This document shows positions 54,832-64,000 of a DNA stretch of 64,000 nt, one piece after another. A program made the translations under genes and the position numbers. The notes under the pieces were generated by a model that worked only from the letters and a program-made list of their open reading frames with translations, was not told where the DNA came from and made no database searches. The stretch lies in NCBI GenBank assembly GCA_022616615.1, contig JAKEER010000111.1, forward strand, positions 1,478 through 65,477, read 5' to 3'. The stretch is from Acidobacteriota bacterium (lineage in GTDB: Bacteria > Acidobacteriota > Terriglobia > Versatilivoradales > Versatilivoraceae). Position 1 is the first letter of the stretch, and the number at the start of each line of letters is the position of its first letter.

Positions 54832-56136
54832 ATGACATCTCCTGTGTTTGTCGAGAATCTCTCGAAGCAGTATCGCATCGGAGCGGTCCCGCAGGAAACC
54901 ATGCTGCGCGAGAAGCTGGTTAGCCTGTTGAAACATCCGTTCCGGCGAAAATTTGCCACCGAGGAAACCATCTGGGCTCTTCGCAATGTTTCGATGTCCG
55001 TCCAGAGCGGCGAAGTCGTCGGCATCATTGGAAGGAACGGGGCTGGCAAGAGCACTCTGCTGAAGGTCCTCTCCAGGATTACGCGCCCCACATCGGGCAT
55101 GGTTAGAGTACGAGGCCGGGTGGCGTCGCTGCTGGAAGTTGGGACTGGGTTTCATGAGGAGTTGACCGGACGGGAGAACATTTTTCTCAACGGGTCAATT
55201 CTCGGCATGAAGAAAAGCGAGATTGAAGACAAGCTGGACGCCATCATCGCTTTCGCGGGAGTTGAGAAGTTCATTGAGACGCCTATCAAACGCTATTCCT
55301 CGGGGATGCGTCTGAGGCTGGGGTTCGCCGTTGCCGCCCATTTGGATCCGGATGTCCTGATTGTTGACGAGGTCCTGGCCGTTGGCGACGCTGGCTTTCA
55401 AAAGAAGTGTCTCAATGTTATGGAGGACCTGCGGCAGGGGGGTCGGACCGTCCTTTTCGTTTCCCACAACATGGTGGCAGTTGAAAACCTGTGCTCCAGG
55501 GGCGTCTGGATCGACAATGGCCAAGTCGAGATGGACGGCCCAGCCAAGGACGTGATCAGAGCCTACATGGGTGCGTTTGCGAACTCTCACGCGACCGAGT
55601 TAAGCGCTATCAAGACGCGACGAGGCTCCGGAGAAATCCGGTATACGGGTGTCGAGTTTCTCGCGAAGGATGGTCAGCCTCAAAACATAACTTGTAGCGG
55701 TGATGCGTTGATCATGAGATTTCGCTACCACGCCGAAAAGCCAATTCCTTATCCGAGCTTTGGGTTTCGGCTCTTCACCGAACTGGGTAGTTTGGTCACG
55801 GAAACCAGCACTTGGCACCACGGGATCGATATACCCTTGGCGCCTCCAGGGGACGGGTGGATTGACCTGGAAATCGGGCTACTCAACCTTCTGCCGGCGC
55901 ATTATTATCTCTCGCTTTGGCTCACAGGTGAGGGTGAGGGCCGCGTTATTTATGACTGTCTGGAGCACTGCACACGACTTGAGGTTGAGGCTTCGAGTGT
56001 TTACCAGTCCAGTAGGGTCATCGACAGTCGCCACGGGATTGTCTTTTTCCCCCAGAGATGGAAACTCGACGGACTCCAGTCTGCTCCTCGGGACGCGATC
56101 CTTCACCTCGGGAGTGAAGAGCGGCAGTTGGAGTAG
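54832..56136 (+). CDS. wzt: Polysaccharide export ABC ATPase with a C-terminal glycan-binding extension
   Basis: GRNGAGKST, YSSGMRLRLGFAVA, LIVDEVLAVGD. An extra beta-rich domain of about 185 aa follows the NBD. Confidence 0.9.
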   Translation: MTSPVFVENLSKQYRIGAVPQETMLREKLVSLLKHPFRRKFATEETIWALRNVSMSVQSGEVVGIIGRNGAGKSTLLKVLSRITRPTSGMVRVRGRVASLLEVGTGFHEELTGRENIFLNGSILGMKKSEIEDKLDAIIAFAGVEKFIETPIKRYSSGMRLRLGFAVAAHLDPDVLIVDEVLAVGDAGFQKKCLNVMEDLRQGGRTVLFVSHNMVAVENLCSRGVWIDNGQVEMDGPAKDVIRAYMGAFANSHATELSAIKTRRGSGEIRYTGVEFLAKDGQPQNITCSGDALIMRFRYHAEKPIPYPSFGFRLFTELGSLVTETSTWHHGIDIPLAPPGDGWIDLEIGLLNLLPAHYYLSLWLTGEGEGRVIYDCLEHCTRLEVEASSVYQSSRVIDSRHGIVFFPQRWKLDGLQSAPRDAILHLGSEERQLE

Positions 56137-56157
56137 AGCTCTTAATTTTTGGATACC

Positions 56158-57213
56158 ATGACCGTCAATGCCCAACTGAACTGCGGCCCCCTGGTGAGCA
56201 TAGTGACTCCGATCTACAACGGCGAGAAGTATCTAACAGAGTGTATCGAAAGTGTTCTCGCCCAAACCTACCACAACTGGGAATACGTCATTGTCAACAA
56301 CTGTAGTACTGATCGCACACTCGAAATCGCCCAAGAGCATGCGGCAAAGGAGTCACGCATTAGGCTGATCACCAATAGCAAGTACCTGAGGGCGATAGAG
56401 AATCACAACCTCGCCTTCCGCCAGATATCACCTGACAGCAAGTACTGCAAGATGGTATTTGCCGACGATTGGATTTTTCCGGAATGTCTGCAGCAGATGG
56501 TTAACGTTGCCGAGGCTCATCCTTCGGTCGGAATTGTGGGTGCCTACGGGTTGTGGGGAACCAAGGTCGTTTGGGATGGTCTCCCTTATTACAAGACTGT
56601 CGTTGCCGGTCGAGAAATCGGTCGTGCGAGATTGCTCGACGGGTTCTCTGTTTTTGGGTCACCTACCTCGCTCCTGTTTCGCTCTGACTTCATTCGAGCT
56701 CGTCCATTGTTCTTTAACGAATCAAATCTGCATGCTGACTCTGAAGTTTGCCTCCACGTATTGATGAAATCTGACTTCGGCTTTGTCCATCAGGTTTTGA
56801 CTTACTCCCGCGAACAGGATGGATCGCTTACATCATATGCTCGACGGCTTAATACCTACGTGTGGGCCATCCTGAATGAACTTGTCAAGTATGGTCCCTT
56901 CTATCTGACTGAAAAGGAGTTTAGGGACCGCTTAGCCGAACACTTGAGTTGTTACTACAGATTCCTCGCCCGGAGTGTCTTTGAGCGCAGGGGCAGAGAA
57001 TTCTGGCGGCTCCATAAGGCGAAGATGGAAGAACTCGGCTGCCCCTTAAACTATGGTCGATTGGCAGCAGTCGTTTCTCGTTCGCTGGTGAATGCAGTTT
57101 TGAATCCGAAACACACAATTCAAGCGTTGCTTGTTTACTGGACGAAAGTGGCCGCTAAGGGAGAGGGGGATCAGCTGTCACGAAGGCAGGTCGCACGATG
57201 GCGCCTTCCTTAG
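56158..57213 (+). CDS. Family 2 glycosyltransferase
   Basis: VSIVTPIYNGEKYLTECIESVLAQTY plus a DxD-like FADDW. Confidence 0.88.
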   Translation: MTVNAQLNCGPLVSIVTPIYNGEKYLTECIESVLAQTYHNWEYVIVNNCSTDRTLEIAQEHAAKESRIRLITNSKYLRAIENHNLAFRQISPDSKYCKMVFADDWIFPECLQQMVNVAEAHPSVGIVGAYGLWGTKVVWDGLPYYKTVVAGREIGRARLLDGFSVFGSPTSLLFRSDFIRARPLFFNESNLHADSEVCLHVLMKSDFGFVHQVLTYSREQDGSLTSYARRLNTYVWAILNELVKYGPFYLTEKEFRDRLAEHLSCYYRFLARSVFERRGREFWRLHKAKMEELGCPLNYGRLAAVVSRSLVNAVLNPKHTIQALLVYWTKVAAKGEGDQLSRRQVARWRLP

Positions 57214-57230
57214 CATTGCGAAGTGGACAC

Positions 57231-58073
57231 ATGATAGAGGACTTGATTTTCGATCTGGGAATGAATAACGGCGACGATACTGATTTCTATCTGAGGAAGG
57301 GGTTCAGAGTCGTTGCAGTCGAGGCAAACCCTGCCTTGTGTGCTCTGGCGGTGCAAAGATTCGCGCCTGAAATAAAGAATGGCAGGCTCCGTATCGTCAA
57401 GAAAGCCATCAGCAAGGCCACCGGAGAAATCGAATTTTTCATCAACGAGCAGGTCAGCGGTTGGTCAACGACGAACCAGGACTGGCTCAAGGCACGCAAC
57501 CATGGGGAGACAAAGACCCGTGCGGTGAGGGTGCCCGCAGCAACGTTCGAGGAAATTTTGAGAGAGTACGGCGTCCCCTACTATGTGAAGTCGGACATCC
57601 AGGGTGCTGAACCGCTATGTCTGGAAACGCTTCTTGAATTTGAGGACCGACCAAGGTTTGTCTCGATCTCAACCGGATTAGATGTGGTAGGCGCGGGTGC
57701 CATGCAGCATATCCGAAAGGGGATCGAGTTGTTCTCCAGGCTGGGCTATCGGAAATTCAAGATTATCCCGCAGCAACACACCGAACTGCAAAGGTGCCCG
57801 TTCCCTCGGCGGGAGGGCCTATACATCGATTATCGCTTTAAGCACGGCAGCAGCGGCCTGTTTGGCAACGAGCTTCCCGGAGACTGGATAGGCGCCAAAC
57901 AGACTTGGAGAGAGTATTGGAAAATCGTGATGAGCTACAAATTCGCCGGGAATTCGCGCTCACCTTATGGGTGGTTCAACAATCTGCCGAGCAGGACGAT
58001 CAGGTCCTACCTCGATCGGCTCTTCTGGCGGGGTGTGGGGTGGTACGATACCCACGCAATGTGGGAAAGATAG
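57231..58073 (+). CDS. FkbM-family SAM-dependent methyltransferase
   Basis: IFDLGMNNGDDTDFYLRKGFRVVAVEANP (FkbM-type SAM motif). Start is ATG 57231, or 57198 if it overlaps the GT2 gene. Confidence 0.78.
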   Translation: MIEDLIFDLGMNNGDDTDFYLRKGFRVVAVEANPALCALAVQRFAPEIKNGRLRIVKKAISKATGEIEFFINEQVSGWSTTNQDWLKARNHGETKTRAVRVPAATFEEILREYGVPYYVKSDIQGAEPLCLETLLEFEDRPRFVSISTGLDVVGAGAMQHIRKGIELFSRLGYRKFKIIPQQHTELQRCPFPRREGLYIDYRFKHGSSGLFGNELPGDWIGAKQTWREYWKIVMSYKFAGNSRSPYGWFNNLPSRTIRSYLDRLFWRGVGWYDTHAMWER

Positions 58074-58432
58074 GTAAGTGACACGAGGGCCCGTGCGCCT
58101 CTTGCGCCGGCGCATACGCGCACCTCTCCTGACAGGAGAAGGCGTTCGCAACTCGAAGACGCCTGTTTGAAGTCAACTGTGGCGGCTCAGCTGGCTGTTG
58201 GTAGGCTTTATGACGAGACAAGGGCGATGTGGTATCGAGCAGCAGCGGACCGTCCCGTTAGTTTTTTGAAGGGACTTTAAGGCACTGATCCAAGTCGCCC
58301 TGCGGCGTAATCGTCGGATCTTTTCCGCTATTTGGACAGAAAGTAACTGGGCGACTAAATGTCTTCTCGATGCATTGAGGCTTCACGATGGAGTTGAGGG
58401 GAACCGTTCGTTCCCCTGGGTTGAGGTGAATC

Positions 58433-59665
58433 TTGGATTCTTCGAAAAGTCTGCCGATCTATCCTGACGTTGGGGTTGTCGCTCTGGTGCCTGACGTTTG
58501 GGGCGAGCACTGGCTGTCGCGGCATCACATTTTGACGCGGCTGTCGCGTTACTTCCATGTTGTTTGGGTCAATCCAGCCCACGATTGGCATGGAGTCCTT
58601 ACCCAGCCGAAGACTCGAAACGCACTTGCTACTGAGACGCTCCCTTCTGGATTCCATGTGTACGAACCACAGTTGTGGCTTCCGATGGTTTATCGTCCGG
58701 AATTTCTGAAGCGATCCTTAGTTCGCGCACGCCATAAGCGGGCGAGTTATCTTTTGAGAGAAAGAGGATGCAAAAGGCTCATTCTTTACCTTTGGCGTCA
58801 CGAATTCCACCAAGCTCTTCAAGATCTGGTGCATGACGTGAGCTGCTACCACATCGTTGACGAATACTCCTTTTCTCCAGTTGAGCTGCCATTGGACCAG
58901 AATGAGGTTCGCCTCATTGCTAGCGTCGATCAGGTGTTTATCCACTCTCCAGGTTTGTTGGAGAAAAAAGGAAAAATCAATCCGAACACGCTATTCGTGC
59001 CCAATGGGGTAGATTACTGCGCGTACTCTACGCCGGTTCCAGAACCAGCAGATTTGGTGACAATACCGCACCCTCGAATTGGATACACCGGCTGGATGAA
59101 GAAGCATCTCGATTGGACCTTGCTTCTCGAATTGGTCCAAGATCATCCAGACTGGTCTTTTGTGTTGATTGGTCCCCAAAGCCCTCATGCAGAAGTTGTG
59201 GGTCCGATTGGGAAGATGGCAAAATTACCCAATGTTTACATTTTGGGACCCAAACCAACCAAGTGCCTGACAACTTATCCTCAGCACTTTGACGTTTGCA
59301 TAATGCCGTACGAGCTTAACGCTTACACTCAATGTATCTATCCTCTTAAACTGCACGAGTATCTGGCGAGCGGACGGCCCACTGTGGGGACACCAGTCCG
59401 TTCTCTAAAGGAATTCTCGCGGGTTGTGGCTCTTGCACATTCCCCCGAGGAATGGTCAACCGAGCTAAGAAAAGCTCTCAGTCCCGAATCTAACACGCCT
59501 GAGAGGGTAGCAGCCAGACGGGCAGTGGCCCGTAGTCATGATTGGCAGCTCTTAGTGGCAAGAATCGCCCAGACTATGCTAGAGCGACTGGGCTGGAAGG
59601 TTCCCGATCCTAACAGGGTGGATTCCGTTTCAGAAGTGAAAGGAACTCTCTTGACCAGGCCTTAA
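58433..59665 (+). CDS. GT-B fold glycosyltransferase (GT1/GT4-like)
   Basis: C-terminal half: GYTGWM...VLIGP...FDVCIMPY...PLKLHEYLASGRPTVGTP. TTG start right after an in-frame stop, so the start is uncertain. Confidence 0.6.
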   Translation: MDSSKSLPIYPDVGVVALVPDVWGEHWLSRHHILTRLSRYFHVVWVNPAHDWHGVLTQPKTRNALATETLPSGFHVYEPQLWLPMVYRPEFLKRSLVRARHKRASYLLRERGCKRLILYLWRHEFHQALQDLVHDVSCYHIVDEYSFSPVELPLDQNEVRLIASVDQVFIHSPGLLEKKGKINPNTLFVPNGVDYCAYSTPVPEPADLVTIPHPRIGYTGWMKKHLDWTLLLELVQDHPDWSFVLIGPQSPHAEVVGPIGKMAKLPNVYILGPKPTKCLTTYPQHFDVCIMPYELNAYTQCIYPLKLHEYLASGRPTVGTPVRSLKEFSRVVALAHSPEEWSTELRKALSPESNTPERVAARRAVARSHDWQLLVARIAQTMLERLGWKVPDPNRVDSVSEVKGTLLTRP

Positions 59666-59681
59666 GATTGCGGGTCCCAAA

Positions 59682-59701
59682 AAGCCGAAATCGATCGGCT
59701 T
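59682..59701 (+). terminator. Hairpin after the GT gene
   Basis: AAGCCGA-AATCGA-TCGGCTT 7-bp stem, 17 nt after the stop, with a weak U-tract. Confidence 0.3.
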
Positions 59702-60152
59702 GTCATGCGACTTCTGTTTGGGAGCGCTTTCGGAATCAAGTTGAAATAATCGAGCGTCCGAAGCATTGCTCTGTTCGTCTGCGTTCTCACTCCGTTGCGT
59801 GGCCGCCCCTAACGTGGGATTGAAGCAATTCCCGAGGGTTCTGGTTCGTCGGCTTGTGCGCAGCTGATGTCGACGCCTTGGCTCGGCATCCGGAACGGCG
59901 GGGGAAATATGCCCACATTTTTGACCAGGTGGCGCGGCACTTGGCCCCCAATGGGACCGCGCCTGGCTCTGGCTTCGCTGGACCTCGCGGAGAGATTTCG
60001 AGTGGTGTTACTGTTTCAAGTTCAGTAGGAATCGGCAGAAGCTGTTCAGGAGTTTGTCGCTGGTTTCAAGTTGAGGCTTGGATCCACCGTACAAGTCGTC
60101 TTGGGACGGAAATGAGCTCGAACGGAGGAACTCGATCGGCAAAGAACCCCTC

Positions 60153-61538
60153 ATGAAACCAGCAGCGCTAGCGCGCATTCTGTACGACCAATACATCAAC
60201 CGAGAGCCTCGGCGAATCTACTATTCCATCCATAAAAACCTCGCGCGTGCTTATCGTTTATTGAGATCCCCGAGCCCCGGTCTTGTCAAGCACGTATTCA
60301 GAAATCAGTTGCAGTTCATGTTTGGGGTAGATCCTATTCAGGGTGAAACAACCCCTCGTGTGACGGCCGCAGTTGAATGGCTTCTTCGAGCATGCAGAAC
60401 CACGCTCGACGGCGGACTGTCACTTGGCTATTTTCCATGCGACCCGTCTTGTGGCTGGAAACCTTCCTACCCGGAGGCGACAGGTTACGTTATCCCGACT
60501 CTCCTCGAGTCCTCCAGGCTATATGGAAACCCTTTGGTTCGTCGCTGGGCATTGGAGCTGGCCCAATGGGAGATTAGCGTCCAGTTGGACTCCGGCGCAA
60601 TCCAGGCTGGTCCGATATCCGAAAACACTCCAAAGGTGGCTGCAGTCTTCAATACCGGAATGGTTTTGGATGGTTGGGTCGCGGCCTATCGGGCAGGTGG
60701 CGACGAGAGCCTGCTGAAAGCTGCCAGGAAGGCCGCTGATTTTCTGTTGGTAGACTTGAGCCAGGAGGGACATTTCAGGTCGCACGGCAACCTGGTCAGT
60801 CCAAGTCCCATCAAGACATACAACGTTCTGTGTGCCTGGGCATTGTATCGCTTTGGTGAGATTTGGCCTGATGGAGTGTGCAAAGAGGCAGCTCTTCGAG
60901 TCGCTGATGCCGCTGTGGGTCAGCAGCATTCGAACGGTTGGTTTGCCAACAACTGCCTGACAAATCAGAAGGCACCCTTGCTCCACACGATTGGTTACAC
61001 CTTGCAGGGAATCTTGGAACTTGGGATCCTCAGTGCTCGCCCCGAGCTAATAGAATCAGCCAGGAAGGGAGTCGATCCTCTCATAGCTCGAACATCAGAA
61101 AAGGGGTTCCTGCACGGCTGTTTCTATTCTGACTGGGAACCTGCCGTTTTCTCGTCGTGCTTGACGGGCTGCGCCCAATTGGCAGTCGTCTGCTACAGAC
61201 TCCATGAATACTCGGGTGATGCGCAATATCTGAAAGCTGGAGACCTACTGGTCAATCACCTCAAAGCCCTGCAAACGCTAGACTCGACCGATCCCGGTAT
61301 CAATGGCGCCCTGGCCGGCTCTTTTCCATTCTTTGGTTGTTACATGACTGCAGGATATCCAAGCTGGGCGACCAAATTTTTTGTTGATGCCCTGATTCTA
61401 CAGGACCGGCTAAGTAGCACCCCGATTGGTGGGCGCGAAACGAGGCAAGGTATCTGTCCTGATGAGAATGGCGAAGCTCTGGTACATGGGGTTTCCAGCG
61501 AGATAGAAAGAAACAACCCCTCAAGACGCCCGGGATGA
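60153..61538 (+). CDS. Hypothetical protein, likely alpha/alpha-toroid fold (prenyltransferase/squalene-oxidase-repeat-like)
   Basis: About 460 aa, all-helical with repeated aromatic/Gly motifs (EATGYVIPTLL, NTGMVLDGWV, HTIGYTLQGIL, GCAQLAVVCY). Function unknown. ATG at 60153 in ORF 60078..61538. Confidence 0.45.
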   Translation: MKPAALARILYDQYINREPRRIYYSIHKNLARAYRLLRSPSPGLVKHVFRNQLQFMFGVDPIQGETTPRVTAAVEWLLRACRTTLDGGLSLGYFPCDPSCGWKPSYPEATGYVIPTLLESSRLYGNPLVRRWALELAQWEISVQLDSGAIQAGPISENTPKVAAVFNTGMVLDGWVAAYRAGGDESLLKAARKAADFLLVDLSQEGHFRSHGNLVSPSPIKTYNVLCAWALYRFGEIWPDGVCKEAALRVADAAVGQQHSNGWFANNCLTNQKAPLLHTIGYTLQGILELGILSARPELIESARKGVDPLIARTSEKGFLHGCFYSDWEPAVFSSCLTGCAQLAVVCYRLHEYSGDAQYLKAGDLLVNHLKALQTLDSTDPGINGALAGSFPFFGCYMTAGYPSWATKFFVDALILQDRLSSTPIGGRETRQGICPDENGEALVHGVSSEIERNNPSRRPG

Positions 61539-61670
61539 ACACCTGGACACCTGCACTGCTTTGATTTGCTGAATACCATCCAAAGGTCCCGAGAATTTTC
61601 GACCCTTCCCGCGCAAGAGATGCAGGCCATGCACTGAACCCATTTGAACCCAGATCAGAACTGAACGATC

Positions 61671-63197
61671 ATGCGTGAGATCACAAGGAAAATGGCCAAA
61701 GGGGCCGCTTGGATGGTAGCCTTCAAGCTTAGTGAAAGAAGCATTGGCCTTGTCAGCACGCTCATTCTGGCAAGGCTCCTCATGCCTAGTGATTTCGGGA
61801 TGGTGGCGCTGGCCACGTCTTTCGTTGCAGTTCTGGAGCTGTTAGCCTCCTTCAACTTTGATGTGGTCCTCATCCAGAACCCGAACGCCGAGGGCAGGCA
61901 TTACAACACCGCATGGACGCTCAATGTTTTGCTGCACTTTGCCTGCGGTCTGCTGCTGGTTGCGCTTGCAGTTCCGGTGGCTCGTTTCTATGGCGAGTTG
62001 CGTTTGCCGGCAGTGATGGCTTTTCTGGCGTTGGGCTCAATGATACAAGGCCTGCAGAACATCGGCGTCGTGGCATTTCAAAAAGATCTGGAGCTTCACA
62101 AGGAATTCAACTTCCAGATCATCAAAAAGATCACGGGTTTTGTGGTGACGACTACGCTGGCAATCGTGTTGCGCAACTACTGGGCACTGATTGCGGGCAT
62201 GCTCACAACCCGGCTGGTTGGAGTAGCCCTGAGCTACGCTTATCATCCTTATCGCCCCAGATTTTCTCTCGCAGCATATCGCGAGATGTTTAACTATTCG
62301 AGATGGCTCTTCGTCAACAACGTTTTGTTCTTCCTGAACAACCGCTCTGCAGACTTCATCGTCGGGAAGATAGCCGGGAGCCACGGGCTTGGCTTGTACA
62401 GTGTTTCCTACGAGATCTCGAATCTTCCTACGACAGAGTTGTCTGCTCCCATCAACCGAGCCGTGTTCCCCGCTTATTCCAGAATGTCACGGGACCCTGC
62501 CGTCCTGCGCAAGGGGTTTCTCGATGTTATCACCACGATCGTCATGTTTGCGCTTCCAGCTGGTGCTGGAATAGCTGCTACTGCAGGGATGCTAGTGCCG
62601 GTTGTGCTTGGCGACAAGTGGCTTCAGGCCATTGGTTTGATTCAAGTGTTAGCCTTTTTCGGGATTCTCAATGCGATGCAAGGCAACACCACTTATCTTT
62701 TCCTGGCCATGGGACAACCGAAGACCACCACTTATCTTACCTCGGCGCGAGTAGCGGTGCTGATTTCTTTGCTGTACGTTCTCGTTAGGAAAATGGGCGT
62801 GGCTGGCAGTGCCTGGGCGTTTTTGGTTACCGAATTGGTGATGACGCCGATGGTTTTTATCACTGTTTCGAAAAAGCTGGGACTATCCTTTGAGCATCTT
62901 CACCGAGTCCTGCTCCGGCCCTGCTTAGCGACAGTCGTGATGTTCTGGTCGGTAAGATGTCTTGAACGTGCTTGGCCGGGGCCTGTTGAGGTGCCGTTCC
63001 AACTGCTTCGCCTAGGCACAGCTTTGTTGCTTGGATTTGTGGCCTACAGTGCTGTCGTCCTCGTTCTTTGGAACTGGTCTTCGCGTCCGGAAGGACCGGA
63101 AAAGTACCTGCTGGGCAGAGCATCCTTCTACTTTAGGAATTGGCTGGGTCGGACGAGCATCGAAGGTGACTCGAAAATCGTGGAGAGCGGGCCGTGA
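61671..63197 (+). CDS. MOP-superfamily polysaccharide flippase (Wzx-like)
   Basis: 508 aa, about 12-14 TMs, N-terminus KGAAWMVAFKLSERSIGLVSTLILARLL typical of Polysacc_synt proteins. Confidence 0.85.
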   Translation: MREITRKMAKGAAWMVAFKLSERSIGLVSTLILARLLMPSDFGMVALATSFVAVLELLASFNFDVVLIQNPNAEGRHYNTAWTLNVLLHFACGLLLVALAVPVARFYGELRLPAVMAFLALGSMIQGLQNIGVVAFQKDLELHKEFNFQIIKKITGFVVTTTLAIVLRNYWALIAGMLTTRLVGVALSYAYHPYRPRFSLAAYREMFNYSRWLFVNNVLFFLNNRSADFIVGKIAGSHGLGLYSVSYEISNLPTTELSAPINRAVFPAYSRMSRDPAVLRKGFLDVITTIVMFALPAGAGIAATAGMLVPVVLGDKWLQAIGLIQVLAFFGILNAMQGNTTYLFLAMGQPKTTTYLTSARVAVLISLLYVLVRKMGVAGSAWAFLVTELVMTPMVFITVSKKLGLSFEHLHRVLLRPCLATVVMFWSVRCLERAWPGPVEVPFQLLRLGTALLLGFVAYSAVVLVLWNWSSRPEGPEKYLLGRASFYFRNWLGRTSIEGDSKIVESGP

Positions 63198-63315
63198 TTC
63201 GGCGGGTCACTATCTACGCAAGCCCCAGAATTCATGTTGTTGCTTGGAGATCGAGTATTTTAGTGCCGGGTTTTTTGGAAGGGATCAAACCGATTTCAGT
63301 TCTTGAGGTTCATCT

Positions 63316-64000
63316 ATGAAAACAGTGGCGCTACAGAGGTGCGACCAGTTTGTGGGGCGGACCATGAACTGGTTGTACGATCATCTCCGATTTGTTCCCC
63401 GGCATACTCCCATAATATTTTGCGACCGGTTAGAGAATCGCGAAGAGTTTCCTGAGCTGGAAGCCTGGGCTTGCGACAGAGACGGCCTCAGTCGCAGGAT
63501 TTGGCGCAAGTTAAACGGGGAAAGTCTGTTTCCCGGTGACTCTCGTCGACTGCGGCAGTATTCGCCAAGTGTGCTGCATTCTCATTTTGGTTATGTTGCC
63601 GTGGAAGACCATCCGCTGCAGCAAGCCCTTGAGGTGCCGTGGGTCATCGGTTTTTACGGCGCCGATGTCTACGTTCTGGGGCGACAGGAAGAATGGCGCG
63701 GGTTCTATGCCGACGTGTTTAAGAAATCAAGTCGAATCCTGGCGCTAGGCCCCGTCATGAGGGAGCACCTGATTGAAATCGGTTGTCCGCAGGAAAAGGT
63801 AGCCATTCATCCCCTGGGAGTAGATTCTAGTGGCTTGCCGAGCTTGCCGCGGATTCTGAAGAACGGGGACACCCTCCGGGTTCTTTTTGCGGGGACGTTC
63901 CGGGAGAAGAAAGGCCTTCGCTACGCATTAGAGTCAGCAGCACTGGCCCTGCGCGAGGGAGTTCGTCTGGAGCTTCTCGTAGTGGGCGAAGCCTCCCATA
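63316..64000 (+). CDS. GT4-family glycosyltransferase (WcaL-like), 3'-truncated by the window edge
   Basis: Not in the ORF track because there is no stop. ATG at 63316 opens a stop-free frame to the end. HSHFGYVA...PWVIGFYGADVY...LRVLFAGTFREKKG. Confidence 0.75.
   Translation, partial: MKTVALQRCDQFVGRTMNWLYDHLRFVPRHTPIIFCDRLENREEFPELEAWACDRDGLSRRIWRKLNGESLFPGDSRRLRQYSPSVLHSHFGYVAVEDHPLQQALEVPWVIGFYGADVYVLGRQEEWRGFYADVFKKSSRILALGPVMREHLIEIGCPQEKVAIHPLGVDSSGLPSLPRILKNGDTLRVLFAGTFREKKGLRYALESAALALREGVRLELLVVGEASH

Noticed and set aside
59854-60156. 100-aa ORF in the 486-nt gap before the toroid-like gene
   Set aside because: The composition is Gly/Ser/Arg-rich, with no motif or SD, and it overlaps the likely start of the next gene. 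It is probably non-coding leader sequence.
1-64000. CRISPR arrays, rRNA/tRNA genes, transposases, integrases, toxin-antitoxin pairs
   Set aside because: I looked for regularly spaced direct repeats, tRNA cloverleaf ends, DDE/tyrosine-recombinase motifs and small paired ORFs, and found none. This was a by-eye survey, so tRNAscan-SE, Infernal and ISfinder searches should confirm the absence.

Overview
This 64-kb chromosomal window comes from a moderately GC-rich, Gram-negative-type bacterium. The gene content (PEP-CTERM-style EPS genes, a sigma-54 activator, GGDEF/PilZ/TPR proteins) is reminiscent of Acidobacteriota, but that is only a guess. I recognised no rRNA, tRNA, CRISPR array, transposase or integrase. 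The left 24 kb is mixed housekeeping: a REC-GGDEF cyclase, grpE, hsp20, rlmI-like, queA, a lone RND pump and an SLT-like lytic transglycosylase. It also holds a 1429-aa P-loop/PglZ fusion protein with a divergent TPR gene, and a sulfur-assimilation regulon (Rrf2 regulator-cysK, a NitT/TauT-type ABC pair, and divergent cysH-cysD-cysN). From about 24.99 kb to the window end, roughly 35 genes lie uninterrupted on the plus strand and form one large polysaccharide locus. Its parts, in order: (1) a c-di-GMP/sigma-54 regulatory head; (2) a Wza-like exporter, OM barrel, chain-length determinant, ExeA-like ATPase, BY-kinase and priming sugar transferase; (3) ugd and a NusG/RfaH-like antiterminator; (4) an AsnB/ACP/acyl-ligase/ACP/NadE-like/KASIII/ACP/FabZ/FabL-like/AAC(3)-like acyl-building block; (5) nucleotide-sugar enzymes, a PIG-L deacetylase and an ArnT-like GT; (6) Wzm/Wzt, GT2, FkbM methyltransferase, further GTs and a Wzx-like flippase. 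The best candidates for something undescribed are three. First, the orphan BrxC-like ATPase fused to a compact PglZ domain, which joins the two universal BREX core functions in one polypeptide with no methyltransferase nearby. Second, the three-ACP fatty-acyl module embedded in the glycan locus. Third, the receiver-less sigma-54 activator bracketed by a PilZ protein and a degenerate GGDEF that keeps its I-site. All functional calls rest on motifs read by eye from the translations. No database search was run.
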